DNA of 25,210 nucleotides from a virus, in the IMG/VR virus record IMGVR_UViG_3300009431_001072; one strand, 5' to 3'. The notes under the pieces are model-generated. The model did not search any database and was not told the origin of the DNA. It saw nothing but the letters and a program-made list of their open reading frames with translations. A program made the translations under genes and the position numbers. Shown here piece after piece: positions 1-6,629 of the stretch. Positions within the stretch are counted from its first letter, which is position 1; every line of letters begins with the position of its first letter.

Positions 1-135
1 CATATTAGAAAAGGGAGCACCTGTACCGAAGTTAAAGATACCGGCCTTCCTAATGGAAGTCAATTGGCTTCCATGGATCAAAAAGCTTTGATTTATGTAA
101 ATAATGAAGTAAAAAGAATCAGATTGAATCTTTAA
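1..135 (+). CDS. 3' end of an upstream ORF (partial, hypothetical)
   Basis: Frame 1 is open from the window edge to TAA at 133-135 (...NNEVKRIRLNL*). Same strand as all other genes. No recognisable motif. Confidence 0.35.
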   Translation, partial: HIRKGSTCTEVKDTGLPNGSQLASMDQKALIYVNNEVKRIRLNL

Positions 136-174
136 TTAACTATAGCTGATCTAACATTTACGAAAGGGAGATGA

Positions 175-468
175 ATGAATACTTTTCTAATCAACTTTAA
201 GTACACTAATGAAGGTGTTCGAAAAGTTAAACAAAGTGTAGACCGGATTGATGAATTAAAATTGACTCTGCAGGGAAAATTCGGAGTTACTATCCAAACG
301 GTGTTCATGGCTACGAGCTGTGACACTATTTTTATAGTAACAGCCGAAAAAGCCGCAGATGTTAAAGCAGCGGAACTGTATATTAATGCTGCCGAAAATG
401 TCAGAGTAGATAGCTGGCAACAAATTTGGCAAATCGAAGATATGGTCAAGATTGCCAACAGTATCTAA
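175..468 (+). CDS. GYD-domain-like small protein
   Basis: 97 aa. AGGGAG RBS lies just upstream. The length and pattern (FLINFKYTNEGV...V...L....G..I...F...G.D.I.IV...) resemble the roughly 100-aa GYD family. Similarity judged by eye only. Confidence 0.55.
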   Translation: MNTFLINFKYTNEGVRKVKQSVDRIDELKLTLQGKFGVTIQTVFMATSCDTIFIVTAEKAADVKAAELYINAAENVRVDSWQQIWQIEDMVKIANSI

Positions 469-480
469 GATTAACGTGGT

Positions 481-504
481 ACAGGTAGACTCGTGTCTAC
501 CTGT
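481..504 (+). other. Perfect 10-bp stem / 4-nt loop hairpin after the GYD-like gene (U-tract-less terminator or RNA stability/processing element)
   Basis: ACAGGTAGAC (481-490), loop TCGT, GTCTACCTGT (495-504). It starts 13 nt after the stop at 466-468. No T-run follows. Confidence 0.4.
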
Positions 505-540
505 GTCCACATTAAGCGTTCCACACTCAAACCTGAAGAT

Positions 541-876
541 ATGAATACAACAGTTTTCTCATCTGGATATATCGCCCGAGATGGTAAATTCTATGGCTGT
601 GCTGATGCTGGACATTTGACTTTGGCAGATGAAATCTTCGATGAGGTTCTTGAAGAAGAAGTACCCGGAGGTAAAGATACACAAATTGTTTTAGATGATC
701 GAGGATGGGTCAGGTTCTCAATGAATCGTTTCTATTTTGATAATCCAGTCGATAAAAAATGGACCAGGAAACAAATAAAAACAGCCAGTGACTATTTATT
801 TACAAAGAATAAGTCAACCGTGTATTATAACGGAAAAAAATGTAGCTATAAAGAGTTTATAGAACTGATTAAATAA
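541..876 (+). CDS. hypothetical protein
   Basis: The track ORF 493-876 begins with GTG inside the hairpin at 481-504. The first ATG at 541 (MNTTVFSSGY...) is the more likely start. No recognised domain. Confidence 0.6.
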   Translation: MNTTVFSSGYIARDGKFYGCADAGHLTLADEIFDEVLEEEVPGGKDTQIVLDDRGWVRFSMNRFYFDNPVDKKWTRKQIKTASDYLFTKNKSTVYYNGKKCSYKEFIELIK

Positions 877-1056
877 ACACGATTGGAGCGAGCATGTGCG
901 TAAAAAAAAGAGCTCCTACCTTGTGGTAACACGTCCTGTATATTCCGGAAGTATTTTCAGGTGCGGAAAGCATAGGTATTAATAGTCTGCCTCTGTCTTA
1001 GAAAAAAGATGGCATAGTAAGGTATAAGGCAATCATTTATAACGAAAGGGACAAAG

Positions 1057-1236
1057 ATGCAGTATAGGGTGGTCGAATTGAAAAATGGAGAAGTGCTAAA
1101 GAAAAATAATTTTTCTCCACTTTCATTCCTGAAATCCTGGATGGAAAACACGAAAATGTATCGGAAATTAAAAAAGGAAGAGGATGGAGTTACATTTGAA
1201 ATATGGGATGAAAACGATAAAGTCATAAAGTCATAA
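1057..1236 (+). CDS. small hypothetical protein (59 aa)
   Basis: ATG 1057 is preceded by AAAGGG. It reads MQYRVVELKNGEVLKKNNFSPLSFLKSWMENTKMYRKLKKEEDGVTFEIWDENDKVIKS* with TAA at 1234-1236. It is below the track length cutoff. It replaces the low-complexity antisense ORF 957-1259. Confidence 0.4.
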   Translation: MQYRVVELKNGEVLKKNNFSPLSFLKSWMENTKMYRKLKKEEDGVTFEIWDENDKVIKS

Positions 1237-1303
1237 TTTAAGGTATAAGAAATATACAACTAATATACAACCAACTTATATAACAAATCAGAAAGGAAAA
1301 GTT

Positions 1304-1711
1304 ATGACTTTATCCAAAGTAAGAGCTATTATTACAAACGACGATGGTGACATCCTGGTAGGAAAATATACCGATTCCGAAGAAGGTATGTTTTACATGC
1401 TGCTGGGTGGGACCTTTGAATTAAGTGATGCAAACGCTTGGGATGCACTTCTGCGTGAACTACGCGAGGAAATTGAAGTAGAAGTTGATGAAATGGAGTA
1501 CTTAGATGTATTAAATAATACGTTTACATGGCATAACAAGTCTTGTCATGAGATGGTAGTATTATTCAGGGTTACATTAAAAGTGCTACCAACTCTGGAT
1601 TCAGCGTTAAATGATGACGGAACTAGAAGTCCTCTTGAATGGATTCCTGCTGAAGATATAAGAGAAGAGAAAGTTGTTATTTACCCAATATGTGCACAGA
1701 AATATATTTGA
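1304..1711 (+). CDS. Nudix hydrolase
   Basis: Nudix box GX5EX7REUXEEXGU is visible: GGTFELSDANAWDALLRELREEIEVEV. RBS AAGGAAAAGTTATG. Confidence 0.9.
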   Translation: MTLSKVRAIITNDDGDILVGKYTDSEEGMFYMLLGGTFELSDANAWDALLRELREEIEVEVDEMEYLDVLNNTFTWHNKSCHEMVVLFRVTLKVLPTLDSALNDDGTRSPLEWIPAEDIREEKVVIYPICAQKYI

Positions 1712-1716
1712 TCTTT

Positions 1717-1800
1717 GCCGAAGTGGTGAAATTGGCAGACACGCTAGATTTAGGATCTAGTGGGCGCAAGCCTGTGTGGGTTCGACCCCCTCCTTCGGCA
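1717..1800 (+). tRNA. tRNA-Leu (anticodon UAG), type II with long variable arm
   Basis: Acceptor GCCGAAG/CTTCGGC plus discriminator A. Anticodon arm CTAGA-TTTAGGA-TCTAG gives UAG with G37. Variable arm GGC-GCAA-GCC. T loop TTCGACC, with one U.U mismatch in the T stem. The 5' half is close to bacterial tRNA-Leu. CCA is not encoded. Confidence 0.85.
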
Positions 1801-1847
1801 CAACCTAATTAACTAAACCCAGAAAACAGAAACTAAAAAGGGTAAAC

Positions 1848-3017
1848 ATGGAAAAACAAGAATTTATGGCTGAATTAGCCACAGACGCTATTAATGGTTT
1901 AATGTTCTTTACTGATAAGGTGGATAAAGACTATGGAAGCCAATCAAAGCAACACCGGTTATTAGTAAATGGTGGGACCAGACCGATTTACAAATTTATT
2001 AGAGGAAAAACTCCAAAGATCTCTATGCAAAAGTTATGTTACTGGAACATAAAAGCTACAATAAATCTATATATAGATGTATGCTGTGCGCTTTGTTGTT
2101 ATTGTACACACACAACATGCGGTTTCCGGAAAGACATAAGTCAAGCAGGGATAGTTGAGACTACTGATAATATTATAGAAAGCATGAGAGTACTGTTTGA
2201 TACATACCTGTATACTACAAAAGACTTTAGTCCAGGTGATCTAATTTACGGTGGATCAAAATCAGATCATCTATCTCCGAACGTAACAGATGTTGAAATT
2301 CAAGCTATGATCGACTTCATAGCAAGTTACGACGTTCTAAATTTTGTAATATTTACCAAATTCCCTGACAGGTTAGTAAATAAGAAAGGCAAATTAAATT
2401 TTAGTATTCCAGCTAATCTTGCTATAGTAGCAACCGTGGAAACAGATTTGGAACAATATACACGTACACTGTCTCTCTTAAAAGATAAAGATATAACTAC
2501 AGGATGTAAATTACCTTCAGCTCCACATGTTAGAATTAAAGCAATTAAGAACTTAAGAGTAAATAATGTAACCGCTGGATTCGGTATTTCTCCTGCTATA
2601 GATTCTAGTACAAAGTTTGTAAAAAAATTAGCAGCAGCTGATCCGGATATAGTAATACTCGGAAGCGTAAATAATTCTGAGGGTAAGATTAAAACTATGG
2701 AAGCCGATTGGATACAAAAATTTCCGGAGTTAGGTTATCGTATTCCTCAAATTTTGGGCGCCAGAAAAGTAGTTTTCCCGTGGTTAACCGCGGAGAAAGG
2801 AAACATACTAATCGATGATTTAAAAACTCAAATTGGTGAAGATAAGTTATACTTGTTACCATCTGCGGGACGGGAATTTAATCTTTTAGGTCACAGAAAA
2901 ATAAATGAAATAATAAGCCCAAAACCATATAATAAACGGGTTCATGCCAAGTTTACCATACCGAATCAAACGCTGAATGGGAATATTATACAAAATGCAT
3001 TAAATGGAAGGAGATGA
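1848..3017 (+). CDS. radical-SAM-like protein (CX3CX2C; SplB/COG1533-like context), function unknown
   Basis: 389 aa. Residues 73-86 read NLYIDVCCALCCYC, giving C79-x3-C83-x-Y-C86 with the aromatic residue before the last Cys that is typical of radical SAM cluster motifs. No other motif recognised. Confidence 0.55.
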   Translation: MEKQEFMAELATDAINGLMFFTDKVDKDYGSQSKQHRLLVNGGTRPIYKFIRGKTPKISMQKLCYWNIKATINLYIDVCCALCCYCTHTTCGFRKDISQAGIVETTDNIIESMRVLFDTYLYTTKDFSPGDLIYGGSKSDHLSPNVTDVEIQAMIDFIASYDVLNFVIFTKFPDRLVNKKGKLNFSIPANLAIVATVETDLEQYTRTLSLLKDKDITTGCKLPSAPHVRIKAIKNLRVNNVTAGFGISPAIDSSTKFVKKLAAADPDIVILGSVNNSEGKIKTMEADWIQKFPELGYRIPQILGARKVVFPWLTAEKGNILIDDLKTQIGEDKLYLLPSAGREFNLLGHRKINEIISPKPYNKRVHAKFTIPNQTLNGNIIQNALNGRR

Positions 3018-3028
3018 AGTAAGGAAAG

Positions 3029-3373
3029 ATGAAACAGCTAACAGAAAAACAACTCATCAATTATTGGAATAAATCTCTGAAGAAGAGAATGCATCATTTG
3101 AGAACAACACCAAAATTTAAGGCTGGCCAACAAATTAAGATAAAAGTGCAAGAACCAGACTTAGGTAGCTGGACTTGGATGGATGAATGCCGATTGAAGC
3201 GTAAAGGTAAAATTGGTACTATAATAGATATTGAGTGGTTACCAAACGAAGAAGTCCCAAAACAGTATTCAAATTTTTCATACACAGTGTTATTTCAAGA
3301 TGGAAGAAAAATCTCATTTGTTGAAGAGCACTTAATCCAGTTATCAAAAAAGGACTTGAATAATTTAAAATAA
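3029..3373 (+). CDS. hypothetical protein
   Basis: 114-aa ORF with an AAGGAAAG RBS. No recognised motif. Confidence 0.7.
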   Translation: MKQLTEKQLINYWNKSLKKRMHHLRTTPKFKAGQQIKIKVQEPDLGSWTWMDECRLKRKGKIGTIIDIEWLPNEEVPKQYSNFSYTVLFQDGRKISFVEEHLIQLSKKDLNNLK

Positions 3374-3410
3374 ATTATTATATTATACACTGAGGAACCA
3401 CGAGTTATCG

Positions 3411-3483
3411 GCGGGCGTGGCCGAACGGCTAAGGCGCTAGATTTCCAATCTAGTATTTGAGAGTTCGATTCTCTCCGTCCGCT
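3411..3483 (+). tRNA. tRNA-Gly (anticodon UCC)
   Basis: Acceptor GCGGGCG/CGTCCGC (one G.U) plus discriminator T. Anticodon arm CTAGA-TTTCCAA-TCTAG. 5-nt variable loop. T arm GAGAG-TTCGATT-CTCTC. Length 73 nt. CCA not encoded. Confidence 0.85.
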
Positions 3484-3522
3484 CAATAAAACTAACATTA
3501 ACTTAACAGAAAAGGAAAAGTT

Positions 3523-4149
3523 ATGATAAGTAAATCACAAATACGTAGGTTAAAAATTCAAGGGGCTCCAATACCTAACGAAGAAGTTGTACAAGACAAG
3601 ATGACACCGGCTGAAAAAATAAAGTTAATGGCTTTGATAATATTTGTTATTATCGTCGCATTTATTTGTATATATATGGGAACAGCAAATGGGCAACTTC
3701 CAGAGAAGCTAGCAACGAGTAAAGTATTAGTTTCTTGGCAACCATCTGCTAATTCTGATATACATAAGTATAACATATATGTAGACACTGTTTATTTAAT
3801 ATCGGTAATCCATCCGGATACAAGTATTGCTTTACAATTAGATTCTATTATGGTAAGATATTACCAAAATATTCAATTTAATGTAACAGCTGAGGATTCT
3901 ACCGGTAACGAGTCACCGATGTCAAATACAGTAGATAAACTGCTATGTAAAGAAATGGGAAAACTTTATTGTGACGTCGATGGAGATGGGTCAGTCATTA
4001 ACATTGACTACTTCCTAATGCTAAGAAAGTTAGGCAATCATGTCTCCATAGAAGACACAATGCTTCAAGTTTTCGATTTTAACGGCGACACACTTATCAA
4101 CAATATAGATTTTGCAATCATGTTAAAAAGATTGGGGAATCGAAAGTAA
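3523..4149 (+). CDS. membrane-anchored protein with FN3-like domain and C-terminal dockerin-like module
   Basis: TM helix LMALIIFVIIVAFICIYM. FN3-like stretch VSWQPSANSDIHKYNIYVD...FNVTAEDSTGNESPMSN. Two Ca-loop/helix dockerin repeats, DVDGDGSVINIDYFLMLRKLGN and DFNGDTLINNIDFAIMLKRLGN (nt 3970-4140). Confidence 0.75.
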   Translation: MISKSQIRRLKIQGAPIPNEEVVQDKMTPAEKIKLMALIIFVIIVAFICIYMGTANGQLPEKLATSKVLVSWQPSANSDIHKYNIYVDTVYLISVIHPDTSIALQLDSIMVRYYQNIQFNVTAEDSTGNESPMSNTVDKLLCKEMGKLYCDVDGDGSVINIDYFLMLRKLGNHVSIEDTMLQVFDFNGDTLINNIDFAIMLKRLGNRK

Positions 4150-4187
4150 CGTAAACAAAGTAACAAGCAACACCCGGAGGAACAACC

Positions 4188-4613
4188 ATGAATATTACAT
4201 TTGGGAATGTAGTAGCATTGCAATATACGGATACAGATCCTATAGAACTTCCGACAACACATGAAGACGCAATGTTAACAGTGGAAACAGGAAAGACATA
4301 CAAGGTAAACGTGAGAATTGATTCAAACAAGGAATTCCATAGCATAGGTTTTGACCTGGGCTGGGATGAAGAAAACATTAAACCTATAATGTCTACTGGA
4401 GCAGTTGTCACCGAAGATGGAGACTTGTTCACTGGGCTAAATTATGATTTAGTAGCCAACGCATTCTTAAATGAAAAACGCATTTATATAACAAAATCAT
4501 TAAGAGCTACTGTACCTCCCGCAAGTGTTGGAAACTTTTGGATACTTAGTATCCTAATTACAAAAACAGGTGATCGTCTACATTTAACGATTACAACAGA
4601 GGAAGTAGTTTAA
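4188..4613 (+). CDS. cohesin-like single-module protein (tentative)
   Basis: At 141 aa it is the size of one cohesin module. The pattern GKTYKVNVRIDSNKEFHSIGFDLGWDEENIKPI...EDGDLFTG...ILITKTGDRLHLTI resembles the cohesin signature (G..V.V.V....I.gF.f.l.YD...l......GD....). GGAGG RBS. The gene itself is solid; the function is inferred. Confidence 0.5.
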   Translation: MNITFGNVVALQYTDTDPIELPTTHEDAMLTVETGKTYKVNVRIDSNKEFHSIGFDLGWDEENIKPIMSTGAVVTEDGDLFTGLNYDLVANAFLNEKRIYITKSLRATVPPASVGNFWILSILITKTGDRLHLTITTEEVV

Positions 4614-4651
4614 CGAAACCGAATAACTAATTGAAATTTAAAGCAAACTTG

Positions 4652-4880
4652 ATGGCAGTTTGTCAAGGCTGCGATCTAAGAAATACTAGGACACAAGTGG
4701 TATTGCCGATTATGCACAGGGATCCACTTGTGTTTTTTTTTCTTGGTGAGGCGCCTGGCAAAAAAAAATGAAGACTTAAATGGTTACCATCCAGCAACAC
4801 TTGTTTATGATGAGAAATACTATAAGCCGCTATGGAAAACGCACTTAATTGATATTAAAAATTATTTGAGAGGAGACTAA
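4652..4880 (+). pseudogene. remnant of a family-4 uracil-DNA glycosylase gene (N-terminal about 45 aa only, frame broken at an A9 run)
   Basis: ATG 4652 reads MAVCQGCDLRNTRTQVVLPIMHRDPLVFFFLGEAPGKKK* with stop at 4769-4771. This matches the UDG4 N-terminus (C.GC.L...R..V...G......l.f.GEAPG..ED..G). After the A9 run (4760-4768) the adjacent frame continues NEDLNGYH... to TAA at 4878-4880. The total is far shorter than an intact UDG. Confidence 0.45.
4691..4742 (+). terminator. rho-independent-terminator-like hairpin plus T-run (inside the UDG remnant)
   Basis: ACACAAGTGG (4691-4700) pairs perfectly with CCACTTGTGT (4724-4733) and is followed directly by a T-run to 4742. The 23-nt loop is long for a canonical terminator. 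Confidence 0.5.
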
Positions 4881-4881
4881 T

Positions 4882-5538
4882 ATGAAAATATTAATCGTTT
4901 CCACACTGATGGTGATTTGCTTAATTTTATCTATCTGGATTTTGATTGATTTAGACTATAATGCATCGAAGAGGTCACATCAAGTGACACAGATGGAAAA
5001 TAAAGTGAAAGAACTTAGATGTGTTGTATCTTTTCATAACTATACTCAGTTAAAAAAGAAAAAGATACAAGAAATAATTGGTCCAGTTCCAGAAGAATAC
5101 TTGAATTTAGCTATGGATGCTACTCTTAAGTATCCAGCATTAGATATGGAACTTATTTGTGCCGTTATTCATCATGAAAGCGCAAAAACATGGGACCCAA
5201 AAATTATTTCACCAATGGGAGCGGTGGGGTTGATGCAAGTGATGCCAAAAACTGGCAGATTAATCTCGAAAAGAAGAAATATAAGCACTTACAGCAAGAA
5301 GATGCTGTATAATCCGAAATTCAATGTTGATTTTGGATGTTGGCTTTTAAATGAATTGATACCTGTTTTCGGAGTTAAAGCCGGTCTCGCAGCTTATAAT
5401 GGACCGTATGATATTGCCTGGGAATATAAAAAACAGTTAAAAAGGAATCCAAAGCATGCCCATAAATATCTTCTTTTAGAAACAAGAAAATATATTCCAA
5501 TTGTTTTAGAGATATATAAAAAATTAAAAACTATTTAG
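4882..5538 (+). CDS. lytic transglycosylase (SLT domain), N-terminally membrane-anchored
   Basis: N-terminal TM segment ILIVSTLMVICLILSIWILI. SLT signature AVIHHESAKTWDP...SPMGAVGLMQVMPKTG...AYNGP. GAGGAG RBS. Confidence 0.9.
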   Translation: MKILIVSTLMVICLILSIWILIDLDYNASKRSHQVTQMENKVKELRCVVSFHNYTQLKKKKIQEIIGPVPEEYLNLAMDATLKYPALDMELICAVIHHESAKTWDPKIISPMGAVGLMQVMPKTGRLISKRRNISTYSKKMLYNPKFNVDFGCWLLNELIPVFGVKAGLAAYNGPYDIAWEYKKQLKRNPKHAHKYLLLETRKYIPIVLEIYKKLKTI

Positions 5539-5548
5539 AGATCCAGAT

Positions 5549-5821
5549 ATGAAATCAAAAACAACATGTAGTGAATGTGGGTTAAATTACGCATTTTGCA
5601 AATGTGGTAGTCACATAACCCCTGTTGCATGCCCACATACAAACAGAGAAATTCACCCAAACGGTTATAAATGCAAAGATTGTGCGCGAACTGCCATAAA
5701 CGAAAAACAGCGAAACAGTTTAAATGGTTTAAGTGCTGATGACCGAGTGGTTAGGTACAGGATTGCAAATCCTGTAAGACGGGTTCGATTCCCGTTCAGC
5801 ACTCTAAACTTGGAGGCATAA
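5549..5821 (+). CDS. Cys-rich zinc-ribbon-like small protein; its 3' third reads through tRNA-Cys
   Basis: Cys/His pairs: CSEC, CKCG, CPH, H, CKDC. There is no in-frame stop before 5819-5821, so the ORF overlaps the tRNA at 5733-5803. The true 3' end and the reality of the tail are uncertain. Confidence 0.45.
   Translation: MKSKTTCSECGLNYAFCKCGSHITPVACPHTNREIHPNGYKCKDCARTAINEKQRNSLNGLSADDRVVRYRIANPVRRVRFPFSTLNLEA
5733..5803 (+). tRNA. tRNA-Cys (anticodon GCA)
   Basis: Acceptor GTGCTGA/TCAGCAC plus discriminator T. Anticodon arm CAGGA-TTGCAAA-TCCTG. 4-nt variable loop. T arm ACGGG-TTCGATT-CCCGT. Length 71 nt. CCA not encoded. Confidence 0.85.
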
Positions 5822-6100
5822 ATGAATACAAAAAAGCAAGTGAAACTGTCAAAAAGGCAGTTTATATGTAAATCAATTGCGATGGGCAAAAAAATGGTTT
5901 ACATAAAAAAAGACATAAAGGACATAAAAGACTTATCAGTTGAGGTTCCTTCTATATTTTTACAATCCAGGGAATCCGGGATAACTGGAAAAATTCTTGG
6001 ATTTGTCCATGCAACCTTCGGGTTGTACTACTTTATTTTGGTAGGCAAAAAAGTGGGTGTTTACCACATAGATGAATTTATTATCAAGGGAAAAAAATGA
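5822..6100 (+). CDS. hypothetical protein
   Basis: 92-aa ORF. GGAGG RBS at 5812-5816. The ATG abuts the previous stop. Confidence 0.65.
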   Translation: MNTKKQVKLSKRQFICKSIAMGKKMVYIKKDIKDIKDLSVEVPSIFLQSRESGITGKILGFVHATFGLYYFILVGKKVGVYHIDEFIIKGKK

Positions 6101-6303
6101 ATGACAAAGGAAAACTAGAAAAATTTTTAACAAAACAAGGAGACTCAGGGTTCTCAATACTTGCAGATGCTTTAGAACGAGAAACGGGGGTAGCATTAAG
6201 TAAAGTCCCAATCAAAGGAAAGACTATTAGAGCAGATCTCGGAGATCCTGTACCTAGTTTATCCGATCTGGTCGATCAAGACATAACTATCTCTAACGAC
6301 TAA
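6097..6303 (+). CDS. hypothetical protein
   Basis: 68-aa ORF coupled to the previous gene by an ATGA overlap. Confidence 0.6.
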   Translation: MNDKGKLEKFLTKQGDSGFSILADALERETGVALSKVPIKGKTIRADLGDPVPSLSDLVDQDITISND

Positions 6304-6325
6304 CGACTTACCGCCAGGAACTTTT

Positions 6326-6347
6326 TTGCGAAAATGTGGTATAAGAA
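6326..6347 (+). promoter_or_regulatory. promoter-like motif TTGCGAAAATGTGGTATAAGAA upstream of the ncRNA array
   Basis: 18 of 22 positions are identical to 6920-6941. It contains a TGGTATAAG extended -10-like element ending about 50 nt before unit 1. Confidence 0.35.
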
Positions 6348-6394
6348 TATTGAACAAAGAACATAGAACATAGAACTCCTTTCTGTTAAATAAA

Positions 6395-6451
6395 GGGCTA
6401 CATTCAGCACCCAAAAATTCACTCGTTCGGAATGAAAACAAAACGTAGCCC
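6395..6451 (+). ncRNA. structured RNA unit 1 (terminal helix + AUUCAGCAC motif)
   Basis: GGGCTAC (6395-6401) pairs with GTAGCCC (6445-6451). The motif ATTCAGCAC follows immediately at 6402-6410. Internal ATTC/GAAT hairpin. No ORF. Confidence 0.55.
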
Positions 6452-6478
6452 GATGAAAATTATTTTAATATAAATAAA

Positions 6479-6610
6479 GGATTGCTTACAGCACATAAAA
6501 CAATTTAACTAATCAGGACCCGGGTGTCGGCGGTTCAAATCCGTCTTTCCCTCCACGAGAGAAATAGCTCAGTTGGCTAGAGCGCCGGGTTAAAAGTTAA
6601 AACGCAATCC
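6479..6610 (+). ncRNA. structured RNA unit 2 with embedded circularly permuted tRNA-like cloverleaf (YrlA/Y-RNA-like tRNA mimic)
   Basis: GGATTGC (6479-6485) pairs with GCAATCC (6604-6610). Motif TTACAGCAC at 6486-6494. Interior order: CCCGG, GTGTC, T arm GGCGG-TTCAAAT-CCGTC, TTTCCCTC-CAC-GAGAGAAA (closed acceptor-like hairpin), TA, D arm GCTC-AGTTGGCTA-GAGC, G, CCGGG. Confidence 0.6.
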
Positions 6611-6629
6611 GATAAAATTTGAAAAAAAA

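Noticed and set aside
880-1056. Possible ncRNA or tRNA in the 180-nt gap after ORF 541-876
   Set aside because: Only weak hairpins are present (GGAGC...GCTCC, TTCCG...CGGAA), with no cloverleaf, no conserved motif and no repeat of the CAGCAC family. It was left unannotated.
957-1259. 100-aa minus-strand ORF
   Set aside because: It is a low-complexity F/S/I-rich translation on the strand opposite every supported gene. The + strand has a small ORF with an RBS (1057-1236) and promoter-like GGTATAAG elements instead.
3295-3498. 67-aa minus-strand ORF
   Set aside because: It lies antisense across tRNA-Gly (3411-3483) and the end of the 3029-3373 gene, so it is an artefact of the tRNA sequence.
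6358-6376. Short tandem GAACATA repeat (about 2.5 copies)
   Set aside because: It is too short to separate from chance in AT-rich intergenic DNA, and no structure or second copy is associated with it.
6259-6441. 60-aa minus-strand ORF
   Set aside because: It overlaps structured RNA unit 1 and the promoter-like motif, has no RBS or motif, and is on the wrong strand.
6519-6589. Possible conventional tRNA gene (consensus D arm and T arm present)
   Set aside because: The 3' half precedes the 5' half and the acceptor helix is capped by a CAC loop. No arrangement gives a standard 5'-to-3' cloverleaf with an anticodon loop, so it is reported as a permuted tRNA-like domain instead.
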